Shown here one piece after another: positions 8,843-16,920 of a DNA stretch of 32,800 nucleotides. The DNA is taken from NCBI GenBank assembly GCA_964621845.1, contig CAZUOL010000020.1, forward strand, positions 1 to 32,800, written 5' to 3'. This stretch comes from an uncultured Candidatus Saccharibacteria bacterium (GTDB lineage: Bacteria; Patescibacteriota; Saccharimonadia; Saccharimonadales; UBA7683). Within the stretch, counting starts at the first letter, position 1. Every line of letters begins with the position of its first letter. A program made the position numbers and the translations under genes. Under the pieces are notes generated by a model that made no database searches, was not told where the DNA came from, and saw nothing but the letters and a program-made list of their open reading frames with translations.

Positions 8843-9475
8843 ATGGCGATCATTGTACCCACTATTACAGCGGAAAACCCGCATCAATTTCGTGAACAAG
8901 TTGAACGATTACAGCGTTTTACGGGGCATGTGCATCTCGACCTTATGGACGGCATATTCACCAAAAACACAGGTATAAATTTAGAACAGCTCTGGCTGCC
9001 AGAAGACATCACCTGCGATGTACATGCGATGTATCAAAATCCAGAACAGGTATTAGAGGAAGTAAAAAAGTTGAGCGTTCGTACTTTTATTGTGCCGGCA
9101 GAAAGCGAGTGCGATTTCAAGCATTTCGCCGAAGTACTACAGAAAGCAAAGATGCAGTTTGGCGTTGCGCTTCTTGCTGAAACGCCTGTTGAAAGTGCCA
9201 AAGAGGCAATCGAACAGGCAGATCACGTGTTAATCTTTAGCGGTAACCTTGGTCATCAGGGTGGCTCAATGGCAGATCTTAATCTACTGGATAAGATTTC
9301 AGGCATTAAAACCATCAACCCTACGGCTGAAATTGGCTGGGATGGTGGCGTAAATATAGAGAATGTAAAAAGAATTGCCGAAGCGGGCGTTGAAATTATT
9401 AATGTCGGTTCTGCAATCCACTTCGCGGATAATCCTGAACGGACCTATCAAGAGCTAAAGCAGACCATTTTTTAG
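8843..9475 (+). CDS. rpe: Ribulose-phosphate 3-epimerase family protein (divergent)
   Basis: HLDLMDG, DVHAMY and WDGGVN correspond to the Rpe H-x-D-x-MDG, DVHLM and DGG motifs. ATG 8843 is preferred over the track start 8747, which overlaps rpiB. Confidence 0.75.
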   Translation: MAIIVPTITAENPHQFREQVERLQRFTGHVHLDLMDGIFTKNTGINLEQLWLPEDITCDVHAMYQNPEQVLEEVKKLSVRTFIVPAESECDFKHFAEVLQKAKMQFGVALLAETPVESAKEAIEQADHVLIFSGNLGHQGGSMADLNLLDKISGIKTINPTAEIGWDGGVNIENVKRIAEAGVEIINVGSAIHFADNPERTYQELKQTIF

Positions 9476-9484
9476 TGCTATAAT
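9476..9484 (+). promoter_or_regulatory. Extended -10 TGcTATAAT, 10 nt before ATG 9495
   Basis: AGTGCTATAATCATAAGCATTATGG, immediately after the rpe stop. Confidence 0.4.
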
Positions 9485-9494
9485 CATAAGCATT

Positions 9495-9572
9495 ATGGGT
9501 CGCGTTAGAAACATACGATTTGAGAGCACTGGGTCGAAATCTAAATCTTTCTTGAACGGAAAGGATTTCTAA
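9495..9572 (+). CDS. Candidate 25-codon upstream sORF (MGRVRNIRFESTGSKSKSFLNGKDF); speculative
   Basis: The ATG follows an extended -10 box, and TAA 9570-9572 lies 4 nt before the tkt ATG. The 3' half forms an imperfect hairpin (9543-9568). No homology recognised. Confidence 0.2.
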   Translation: MGRVRNIRFESTGSKSKSFLNGKDF

Positions 9573-9576
9573 CCGG

Positions 9577-10431
9577 ATGGGTAAGCTTACCGTTAAGCAG
9601 CTCGATCAGATTGCCAATGATATCAGAAAGGATATTATTAAGATGCTCGAGCATGCTGGCAGCGGCCATTCAGCAGGGCCTCTAGATTTAGCAGATATTT
9701 TTACAGCCCTGTATTTCGATATATTAAAACATGACCCCAAAAATCCAAGTTGGGAAGAGCGTGACATGTTAGTACTGAGTAATGGGCACTGTGCTCCCGT
9801 GCTCTATACTGCACTTGCACACGCTGGTTACTTTCCTAAAAAAGAACTTATGACGTTACGCCAGTTTGGTACACGCCTACAAGGACACCCGGAGCGAGAA
9901 CGACTGCCTGGTGTTGAAACAACCAGCGGCCCCCTGGGTGAAGGGTTAGGTCAGGCAATTGGTATGGCACTTGGCATGCGATTGAACGACGAGCACCATC
10001 GATGGGTATATTGCGTAATGGGAGATGGCGAACTAGATGAGGGCATCATCTGGGAATCAGCTATGCTAGCTGGAAAATATAAGCTGCACAATCTCATCGG
10101 CATTGTTGATCGTAACAACATTCAGATTGATGGAAACACTGAGGATGTGATGCCGCTTGAAGATCTCAAAGCAAAATGGGAGAGCTTTGGCTGGCACGTT
10201 ATTGAGGTAGATGGCCACAATATCGAAAGCGTTATAGATGCCGCATCTATGGCGCGAGCCATTGTAGAAAAACCAAGTGTTATCATCGCACATACTATTC
10301 CTGGCAAAGGGGTGCCGTTTATGGAATACGATTTTCACTGGCACGGTGCACCGCCAAATTCAGAGCAAGCCAAACAGGCACTTCATAAACTACGTACCCT
10401 GGATGGAAAAATAAGAGGCGAACATGAGTAG
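9577..10431 (+). CDS. tkt: Transketolase, N-terminal (TPP-binding) subunit
   Basis: GSGHSAGPLDLADI, LSNGH and GDGELDEG are TPP-binding motifs. The 284-aa size is typical of split transketolase. Confidence 0.9.
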   Translation: MGKLTVKQLDQIANDIRKDIIKMLEHAGSGHSAGPLDLADIFTALYFDILKHDPKNPSWEERDMLVLSNGHCAPVLYTALAHAGYFPKKELMTLRQFGTRLQGHPERERLPGVETTSGPLGEGLGQAIGMALGMRLNDEHHRWVYCVMGDGELDEGIIWESAMLAGKYKLHNLIGIVDRNNIQIDGNTEDVMPLEDLKAKWESFGWHVIEVDGHNIESVIDAASMARAIVEKPSVIIAHTIPGKGVPFMEYDFHWHGAPPNSEQAKQALHKLRTLDGKIRGEHE

Positions 10432-10530
10432 CGTCCATAGTTCAAATCACAAGAGCACTTTCATCCAATCGGAAGGTGTTTGCCTACTATCGCGATCTGA
10501 AGCAGCTCACTTGCCGGGGGAAATAAACGA

Positions 10531-11496
10531 ATGAACATGCATCTTTCGGCGCATATTGGCGATAAAGATATTGAGCAAGAACCTATAAGAAAAGGGTTTG
10601 GGCGAGGCCTGAAGGTAGCGGGCGAGGCTAATGATAAGGTAGTGGCACTCTGTGCTGATTTAACTGAATCTACGCAGATGAGCTTGTTTAAAGAGGCCTA
10701 CCCAAAGCGATTTATTGAAGTCGGCATCGCCGAGCAAAACCTTATTGCGGTTTCGTCTGGTCTGGCTGCAGTCGGGTATATTCCGTTTTCAAGCTCGTAT
10801 GCTGCCTTTAGCCCCGGCAGAAGCTGGGAGCAAATTAAAACCACAGCAGCACTGAATAATATGCCTGTAAAAATAATTGGTTCGCACGCTGGGGTGTACA
10901 CTGGCGCTGATGGTGCAACACACCAGATGCTGGAGGACATTGCTTTGATGCGGGTGCTACCCAATATGGTGGTGATCGCACCAGGTGACAGCAAGGAGGC
11001 TGAGAAGGCGACAGTTGCCATGAGTGAAGATAGTAGGCCTAATTATTTGCGTCTCACTCGAGAAGCAACACCGGTATTTACCACAGACGCGACGCCATTT
11101 GAAATCGGGAAGGCCTATATATATCGTGTAGGCACTGATGTGACAATTGTGGCAACAGGTACGATGACGTACCAGGCACTTTTAGCAGCTCAAAGTCTTG
11201 AAAAAGATGGTATTTCAGCAGAAGTTGTTCACTGCCCAACTATAAAGCCGCTCGATGAGGAAACCATTCTGAAAAGTGTGCGCAAAACTGGCAGGGTAGT
11301 AACGGCAGAAGAAGCCCAGGTGTCAGGTGGTCTAGGTGGTGCTGTAGCAGAACTGCTGAGCGAAACGCATCCTGCTCTTCTGAGGCGCATTGGAGTGAAG
11401 GATCGTTTTGGTGAAAGTGGTAAGCCCGATGAGTTGTTGCGCCATCTCGGTCTCACTCATACGCACATAGTACTTGCCGCCCACGAACTTATTTGA
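10531..11496 (+). CDS. tkt: Transketolase, C-terminal (pyrimidine-binding) subunit
   Basis: VVALCADLTESTQ, FIEVGIAEQNL, GADGATHQMLEDIALMR and FGESG. Confidence 0.9.
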   Translation: MNMHLSAHIGDKDIEQEPIRKGFGRGLKVAGEANDKVVALCADLTESTQMSLFKEAYPKRFIEVGIAEQNLIAVSSGLAAVGYIPFSSSYAAFSPGRSWEQIKTTAALNNMPVKIIGSHAGVYTGADGATHQMLEDIALMRVLPNMVVIAPGDSKEAEKATVAMSEDSRPNYLRLTREATPVFTTDATPFEIGKAYIYRVGTDVTIVATGTMTYQALLAAQSLEKDGISAEVVHCPTIKPLDEETILKSVRKTGRVVTAEEAQVSGGLGGAVAELLSETHPALLRRIGVKDRFGESGKPDELLRHLGLTHTHIVLAAHELI

Positions 11497-11515
11497 GTTC
11501 AATAAGCATAACGGG

Positions 11516-11521
11516 TATTAT
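11516..11521 (+). promoter_or_regulatory. -10 box TATTAT, 8 nt before ATG 11530
   Basis: GGGTATTATTGTTAGCAATGG. The 11-mer TGTTAGCAATG is shared with the gatC start. Confidence 0.35.
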
Positions 11522-11529
11522 TGTTAGCA

Positions 11530-12441
11530 ATGGGACTAAGCATTAAAGAAATACGAGAAAACTGCATACGGGCGCGGCATTTAATGCAACGTTCCCGCCA
11601 ACAACATTTTGCGGTCGGTGCTTTTAATATTGATAACCAAGAAACTTTGATTGCAGTAGCAAGGGCAGCTCAAAAAAAGAACTCACCTGTTATGGTTGAG
11701 GTCAGCCACGGTGAGGTAGAGGCGATTGGCCTTGAAAACATTCGGGACATGGTTGATAACTACATCGCTGAGTACGGGGTAGAGATGTACATCAACCTTG
11801 ACCATTCGCCCACTGTTGAGGATGCAAAGCGTGGTATTGATGCGGGATTTGAGTTTATCCACATCGACATTTCGCAGGCTCGCCACGATGCTTCGGAAGA
11901 AGATATTATGAAAGAGACGTGTGAAGTAGTCGAGTATGCAAAGCATACAGGCGCTTTAGTTGAAAGCGAGCCTCATTACTTTGGGGGAAGCTCCAATGTG
12001 CATGATGAGAAGATTAATTACGATGAGATTAAAAAAACCTTTTCAACGCCGCAAGGCGCAAAAGCGTTTGTGGCTGCGACAGGAATAGATACATTTGCAG
12101 CTGCAATCGGTAATTTGCATGGTAAATACCCCGTTCCAAAGCAGCTTGATTTAGTACTGCTGAAGCAAATACGCGAGGCGCTCAGTTGTAATATCAGCTT
12201 ACATGGTGGCTCTGGTACACCACTCCATTATTTTGAAGAAGCTGCCAAAATTGGTGTGAGCAAGATTAATATCAATTCAGATATGCGCTATGCTTTCAGA
12301 ACAGCTCTTGAAGCAGCACTAAAAAAAGATCCAGATGAGTTCGCAGTGGTAAAGCTGATGGACGACGTCAAAGAAGCTGTTCAAAAGGTCGTAGAAGAAA
12401 AAATTGATGCTTTCGGCTCAGCCGATAAAGCCGTACTGTAG
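11530..12441 (+). CDS. fba: Class II fructose-bisphosphate aldolase
   Basis: AFNIDNQE, NLDHS, HIDIS and SLHGGSGTP. ATG 11530 is preferred over TTG 11521. Confidence 0.88.
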   Translation: MGLSIKEIRENCIRARHLMQRSRQQHFAVGAFNIDNQETLIAVARAAQKKNSPVMVEVSHGEVEAIGLENIRDMVDNYIAEYGVEMYINLDHSPTVEDAKRGIDAGFEFIHIDISQARHDASEEDIMKETCEVVEYAKHTGALVESEPHYFGGSSNVHDEKINYDEIKKTFSTPQGAKAFVAATGIDTFAAAIGNLHGKYPVPKQLDLVLLKQIREALSCNISLHGGSGTPLHYFEEAAKIGVSKININSDMRYAFRTALEAALKKDPDEFAVVKLMDDVKEAVQKVVEEKIDAFGSADKAVL

Positions 12442-12552
12442 TGTAAATATTCTAATTGCGTTGTTCTCCGTGCTTTCAATATGCCGTAGCATAAGTAGTT
12501 TGTGTGCCATCCGAGCATAGAGTATAATCATGACAAAACACCCACACTGATT

Positions 12553-14640
12553 ATGAAGTATTGCTATGAATTCTATCTTTTAAAAGAGGCGGTCACACAA
12601 GAGGACTGGAGAAGACTTTATAATGTCTTTTCTCAGCATGCCGGTGTGTTAAGTGAATTTCAACTTATTGTGAAGGTTGAAGAAAACACGGTCCGCTACT
12701 TTATTTTAAGTAAAAAAGATATTGGAGTGCTTTCCAATAATATTGAAGTTGGAGTATTGAGGCCAGTAGATAAAAAAGCGATTGGCCTACCTCCTAGTAG
12801 CGGGCTTGGCAAGGATCGGTTAGTCATACTGAAACCAGGCTGGTCATTATTGGACTTAAAAGAAAAATACAACGTGAAAAAAGCAAAAGATTTGCAGGTA
12901 GCCGTTTTTAATGTTCGCCGCATTAATGTTGAAAAGAGCCTTGTAAAAGCCAAGCTTTACTTTAAAAACGCTGCCAATGCCTGGAGTGTGAACAATCGGA
13001 TTATGACCGCGTTCCCTGCAGGATTGCTGGCGATCGATTTCTCAAAAAACACACGATATTTAAGAAAAAAGATCACCAAATATCTTGACATCCAAAAGTC
13101 GCTTCATATTATGCAGAGCGAAAACGTCGGTGCGGTATTTGAAATCGATACCTTCCCCTATCTGCCAAAAAACTATTATTTGCCGCTTCAGGCTTATGAT
13201 TTTGAAAAACACTCCTTCATTATAGGTATGAGTGGTAGTGGTAAATCTAAACTGATCACGCTTATTGTGGATAGGCTGGCGACATCCGCGGCACTGAAGC
13301 AAAGCTATCGGGTTATTGTGATTGACCCCCACGCTGCGCTGGAAAAAGACCTTGCAGGCATACAAGATAGTATGGTGGTCAACTTCAAGGGGCAAGAGCA
13401 AGAAACAGAATTATTTGCTGGCGCGGGTACTGATGTGCAAGCGGCTACCGAACTCACTGGCACATTATTCAAATCATTGCTATCAGATCAACACAACCCC
13501 AAGCTGGAACGTGTACTGCGATTCTCGCTGTATGTACTGATGACTGCTCAAGCTATGAACCTCGATAACCTAAAGCGATTTGTGACAGATGTAGAGTATC
13601 GAAATCAGCTATTAGCGCACGTACAGGGGTACGTACCAGATAACATTGTGCACTTTTTTGGTACAGATTTTAACGAAATTCGTACAAAGTATTATGACCA
13701 AGGTATCTCTCCTATAGCGAGCCTGGTAGACGAAATGCAAATGCAGCCAAGTCTTGCAGGGAAGGGTGAGAACGCTGTTTCGTTAGCTCAAATTGTAAAC
13801 AGTAACTTTTTGACGGTCTTTTCACTCAATAAAGTGACAATGGGTGAAAAGGTTGTTAAAACCGTGGCAGGGCTATTAATACAACAGATCTTTCTGTTGG
13901 CACAGGCTCGTGCATTCAATCACAAGGTGATGCTCATTGTTGATGAGGTTTCGGTGGTGCAAAACCCTGCATTGGCAGCTATTTTGGCTGAAGCGCGTAA
14001 ATTTAACCTTTCGGTGGTGTTAACGCAGCAGTATTTTGGCCAGATTGAAAAAGATCTTAGGGACGCTATTTTTACCAATGTGATGAACTACTATGTGTTT
14101 AAGGTTTCTGAAGAAGATGCACGGGCTTTGGAGGGCAACCTCACAATAGAATTACCAAAAGAGATTCTAGAGGCTGAGAAGAATAAGGGGTTGAAACAAA
14201 GCGATGTAAGAGTACAAATGCTCACGGGTCTTCATCCACGTGAGGTGTTCTTGCGACTAAGTTCAGACGGAAAACTGCTGCCGTGCGTCAAGGCTCGTAC
14301 GCTAGATGTAACGGCTGCGCCAAAAGTCGAAAATGTCGAGCTAAAAGAATACGCTCAGGCAAAAGAGATGCCCTCTAAGTTTGTTGAAAATGCGCAGGCT
14401 GTGTATCAGGAGCTAAACGTGACAGCGGCTTCAAGTGCTACACCGCAGGCGCCGCCAGTTGCTCCAGGAGCGGCTGCAGCACCTGATCCTGGATTATCCC
14501 AGACAGTAGCGCCGCAGCCTCAGCCGAGCGCAACCTCGGGCACTGAGCCAAAGGTGGGTAGGCGTGAATTTTTGAATTTGCACGATCTGTTAGCAACCAA
14601 CTCATCATCAAGAGATAATGTAAGGAGAAAGAAACAATGA
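12553..14640 (+). CDS. Soluble TraD/VirD4/TrwB-like (HerA-FtsK clade) P-loop ATPase with a disordered P/A/Q-rich C-terminal tail
   Basis: Walker [14 protein letters not shown] (about 13225-13248). Walker B MLIVDEVS (about 13930-13953) followed by [21 protein letters not shown] and [13 protein letters not shown] see no hydrophobic N-terminal helices. The tail is [39 protein letters not shown] followed by a basic end. ATG 12553 is preferred over GTG 12502. Confidence 0.7.
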   Translation: MKYCYEFYLLKEAVTQEDWRRLYNVFSQHAGVLSEFQLIVKVEENTVRYFILSKKDIGVLSNNIEVGVLRPVDKKAIGLPPSSGLGKDRLVILKPGWSLLDLKEKYNVKKAKDLQVAVFNVRRINVEKSLVKAKLYFKNAANAWSVNNRIMTAFPAGLLAIDFSKNTRYLRKKITKYLDIQKSLHIMQSENVGAVFEIDTFPYLPKNYYLPLQAYDFEKHSFIIGMSGSGKSKLITLIVDRLATSAALKQSYRVIVIDPHAALEKDLAGIQDSMVVNFKGQEQETELFAGAGTDVQAATELTGTLFKSLLSDQHNPKLERVLRFSLYVLMTAQAMNLDNLKRFVTDVEYRNQLLAHVQGYVPDNIVHFFGTDFNEIRTKYYDQGISPIASLVDEMQMQPSLAGKGENAVSLAQIVNSNFLTVFSLNKVTMGEKVVKTVAGLLIQQIFLLAQARAFNHKVMLIVDEVSVVQNPALAAILAEARKFNLSVVLTQQYFGQIEKDLRDAIFTNVMNYYVFKVSEEDARALEGNLTIELPKEILEAEKNKGLKQSDVRVQMLTGLHPREVFLRLSSDGKLLPCVKARTLDVTAAPKVENVELKEYAQAKEMPSKFVENAQAVYQELNVTAASSATPQAPPVAPGAAAAPDPGLSQTVAPQPQPSATSGTEPKVGRREFLNLHDLLATNSSSRDNVRRKKQ

Positions 14641-15344
14641 ATGCGGACGAAGCAAAAAAAATGCTTGATAAAATTGTAGGTCAGGTCTTTGGATATCAAA
14701 ACACTCTCTCACTGGATCAGTTTATGCAAAAGTTTGCCTTTGATGTGCGTTTGCCTCAGCAGGTGTATGACTCTACCGACGGATCACCTACGTGGGCATC
14801 ATCTACAAATCCTACAAAGTTTATCACCCAAGAACATGCCCGTACGAACGAAACCGCTAGTAGTGACGGTCTTTACGCCAAACAACCAATCAATAATTTA
14901 CAAGAACTACTTGATATATGGAACCGAATTAACTTAACCACTACTGAACGCCAGATTGATTGTCTGAATGTCGCTGAAAGCGACAACATCATTAAGTCTG
15001 AGAATGTGTACCGATCGCAAGATATCAGACGTTCAAAAAACGTACTTTTTTCCGACGGTGTTGAAGATTCGGAGTTCATTGCGGCCAGCCAGCGTTGCGG
15101 TGCCAACTCTTTCTGTATACGAGTGGAAGATAGCGGTGAGTGTTCGAACAGTTTTGGTGTGGTGTGGTCAACGCGGATCACCAACTGTCTGTTTATTCAG
15201 GATGCAGCAGACATGCAAGACAGCATGTTTTGCTACAACATAAAAGGTAAGCGATTCTGTGTTGCGAACATGCAGTTTACTGAAGAGGAATACCGTAAAC
15301 TTCGTCAAGAAGTGGTGCAATGGCTGCTGAGCCCCGAAAGCTAG
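14637..15344 (+). CDS. Hypothetical 235-aa protein with a C-terminal cysteine-ladder repeat region
   Basis: The start overlaps the upstream stop (ATGA), with AAGGAG 10 nt upstream. Residues 107-213 contain about 12-residue repeats ([60 protein letters not shown]). No family recognised. Confidence 0.6.
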   Translation: MNADEAKKMLDKIVGQVFGYQNTLSLDQFMQKFAFDVRLPQQVYDSTDGSPTWASSTNPTKFITQEHARTNETASSDGLYAKQPINNLQELLDIWNRINLTTTERQIDCLNVAESDNIIKSENVYRSQDIRRSKNVLFSDGVEDSEFIAASQRCGANSFCIRVEDSGECSNSFGVVWSTRITNCLFIQDAADMQDSMFCYNIKGKRFCVANMQFTEEEYRKLRQEVVQWLLSPES

Positions 15345-16540
15345 GCAGCGAGCTGAGCCTGTGTATTGACGCTTGTTTTTCTGCGCGAATCTAGATGTTT
15401 TAACATTGCAACCACTGCGTGGGTCTCATCAAAAATGGCTGTTTGTGTGAGGGTGCTCTCTCGCTGTATTTCACGTTTTGCTAACGAATTTCTTATAAGT
15501 AAGTACATGAGTGTTTCAGGATCGGCAATAGTAAGATGACTACCCTCTAGCTGAGTGATTCGAATGTTTGGGTAGGTTGAATGCGGTAAGATTTCTTGCC
15601 AACGTGCGTGATCAGAGGCGGAGTCTTTTTCATAGGTCGTAACGTGAACAAGGGTATGAGTATTGATGCGCTTGGCAAGAGCGCCTGCTTCACCGCTTCC
15701 GAGTGCAAAGCCAATCGCAAACTGGTGCTCTAATGAGCTCGGCCACAGATCGACTGTGGCAGGATAATGGAGCAGGGTACGATTCGCAATTCTTCCTCCG
15801 AGCCGCATCATCTGTAAGGGTTCATCAATGATTTGGTTTAGTAGCCTCAAGATGGTTTCAACCCTCACTTTATCCGGAAAGCAAGGAGCAGTTAAGTCGG
15901 CAAATAGTATTTCTTGTTCAAAATGCTCGGCCAGCGCTATGATGCCGAATCCTGTCATTGCGCCACGTGATTCGCCGATAAGGTTCCGCTCAGCATGTTT
16001 CACTAATGGTTCGGCATTACGGTTGACTCTTAGTTCAGCTAAATTAGCAAAGGCCAGCGTGGCGGCGGCAGAATCGGCTAGAGTGATGGGCCCTGTGGGG
16101 GTTGATTTGTTATGCCAGCTCCCTTCGGCCCCCACGAAGAACACATAGTTGCCTTCACGCATAAAATTACGGGCAGTGTGCTCATTATGTCCTCGATCGC
16201 TCGTAAGCCAAGGCGATGTACCAACAATGGCTACTTCGGACTGGGGTGCTTTAGGAACGCAGATTATCCCAGCGTATGAGTAGCCAAGGGTGGTGGTGAA
16301 TCCATACCGTTCAATGGTGCCCACGCCAGCAATATGCTCAGGTTCACCCAGAAGCTCAATGTGTGTTATGTTTGCGTTGCGCTGGAGTTCCTGAATATGT
16401 TCAGCGCTGAGGTAGCCTGATTGGTCACCTTCAAGGCGTGGGTTGTGGTATGAATCAAGCGCCTGATATGGCAAGGCACGGCGAGCTGCCTTTGCAGCAA
16501 GATCGGCCACCCCATGTCCGATGCGCTCTACTGGAACCAT
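15341..16540 (-). CDS. Alpha/beta-hydrolase-like protein (putative serine hydrolase), function unknown
   Basis: Nucleophile-elbow-like GESRG in NLIGESRGAMTGFG and a late EGSHLT His candidate. AAGGGAG lies just upstream of the ATG. The fold assignment is tentative. Confidence 0.5.
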   Translation of the reverse strand: MVPVERIGHGVADLAAKAARRALPYQALDSYHNPRLEGDQSGYLSAEHIQELQRNANITHIELLGEPEHIAGVGTIERYGFTTTLGYSYAGIICVPKAPQSEVAIVGTSPWLTSDRGHNEHTARNFMREGNYVFFVGAEGSWHNKSTPTGPITLADSAAATLAFANLAELRVNRNAEPLVKHAERNLIGESRGAMTGFGIIALAEHFEQEILFADLTAPCFPDKVRVETILRLLNQIIDEPLQMMRLGGRIANRTLLHYPATVDLWPSSLEHQFAIGFALGSGEAGALAKRINTHTLVHVTTYEKDSASDHARWQEILPHSTYPNIRITQLEGSHLTIADPETLMYLLIRNSLAKREIQRESTLTQTAIFDETHAVVAMLKHLDSRRKTSVNTQAQLAA

Positions 16541-16602
16541 ACACTCCCTTAGTAACTCATTAAATCATAAGCTCTGTGGGCTAGTTTTGTAAAGTATCAA
16601 TC

Positions 16603-16611
16603 TGTTATATA
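16603..16611 (+). promoter_or_regulatory. Extended -10 TGtTATATA, 9 nt before ATG 16621
   Basis: CTGTTATATACTGTTAGCAATG. Confidence 0.4.
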
Positions 16612-16620
16612 CTGTTAGCA

Positions 16621-16920
16621 ATGAAACTGACTCGTGAAGATGTATTAAAATTAGCTCGCCTATGCAAGCTGCAGTTGTCTGAAGAAGAGATTGGAAGATA
16701 TCAAACTGAGCTTTCGCAAATATTAGAATATGTGGCACAGCTTGATAGCGTTGACGTTGCTGGCTTGAAGCCAACGTACCAGGTTACAGGGCTCACAAGT
16801 GAAGAACCCAATGCTACTCGCGAAGATGTGGTGACTGTTCAGGTTTCACAAAAAGATTTGTTTAAAAACTTGCCAGCACTGGAAAAGGATCAAATTAAAG
16901 TAAAAAGGATGATTGGGTAA
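16621..16920 (+). CDS. gatC: Asp/Glu-tRNA amidotransferase subunit C
   Basis: 99 aa, with LAKL.KL.LSEEE...L..IL.YV..L in the typical GatC pattern. Immediately precedes gatA with a TAATG overlap. Confidence 0.9.
   Translation: MKLTREDVLKLARLCKLQLSEEEIGRYQTELSQILEYVAQLDSVDVAGLKPTYQVTGLTSEEPNATREDVVTVQVSQKDLFKNLPALEKDQIKVKRMIG

Noticed and set aside
9528-9545. tRNA-like fragment (GGGTCGAAATC resembles a T-arm)
   Set aside because: I could not find an acceptor stem, D arm or anticodon arm around it, and the supposed T-stem bases are not complementary.
9485-9576. TPP riboswitch upstream of transketolase (the region contains TGAGAG)
   Set aside because: It lacks the conserved ACCUGAUCUGGAUAAUGCCAGCG-type pyrimidine-sensing helix and the overall junction architecture. 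The resemblance rests on a single hexamer.
10432-10530. The 99-nt spacer between the transketolase halves is in the same frame, so it could be a recent gene fission by nonsense mutation
   Set aside because: The spacer contains three stops in that frame (TAG, TAG, TGA). Both halves have the termini typical of naturally split transketolases.
12502-12552. GTG 12502 as the start of the ATPase gene
   Set aside because: A TATAAT box at 12523-12528 lies inside that extension, and the added 17 residues look non-native. ATG 12553 is preferred, although it has no SD.
14637-15344. A diversity-generating retroelement target (CPR genomes are rich in DGRs) or a retron
   Set aside because: The window contains no reverse transcriptase ORF, and I could not spot a template/variable repeat pair.
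12442-16620. An integrated mobile element or conjugative remnant carrying the TraD-like ATPase
   Set aside because: I see no integrase, relaxase, transposase, flanking direct repeats or tRNA attachment site. The flanks are core genes with normal spacing.
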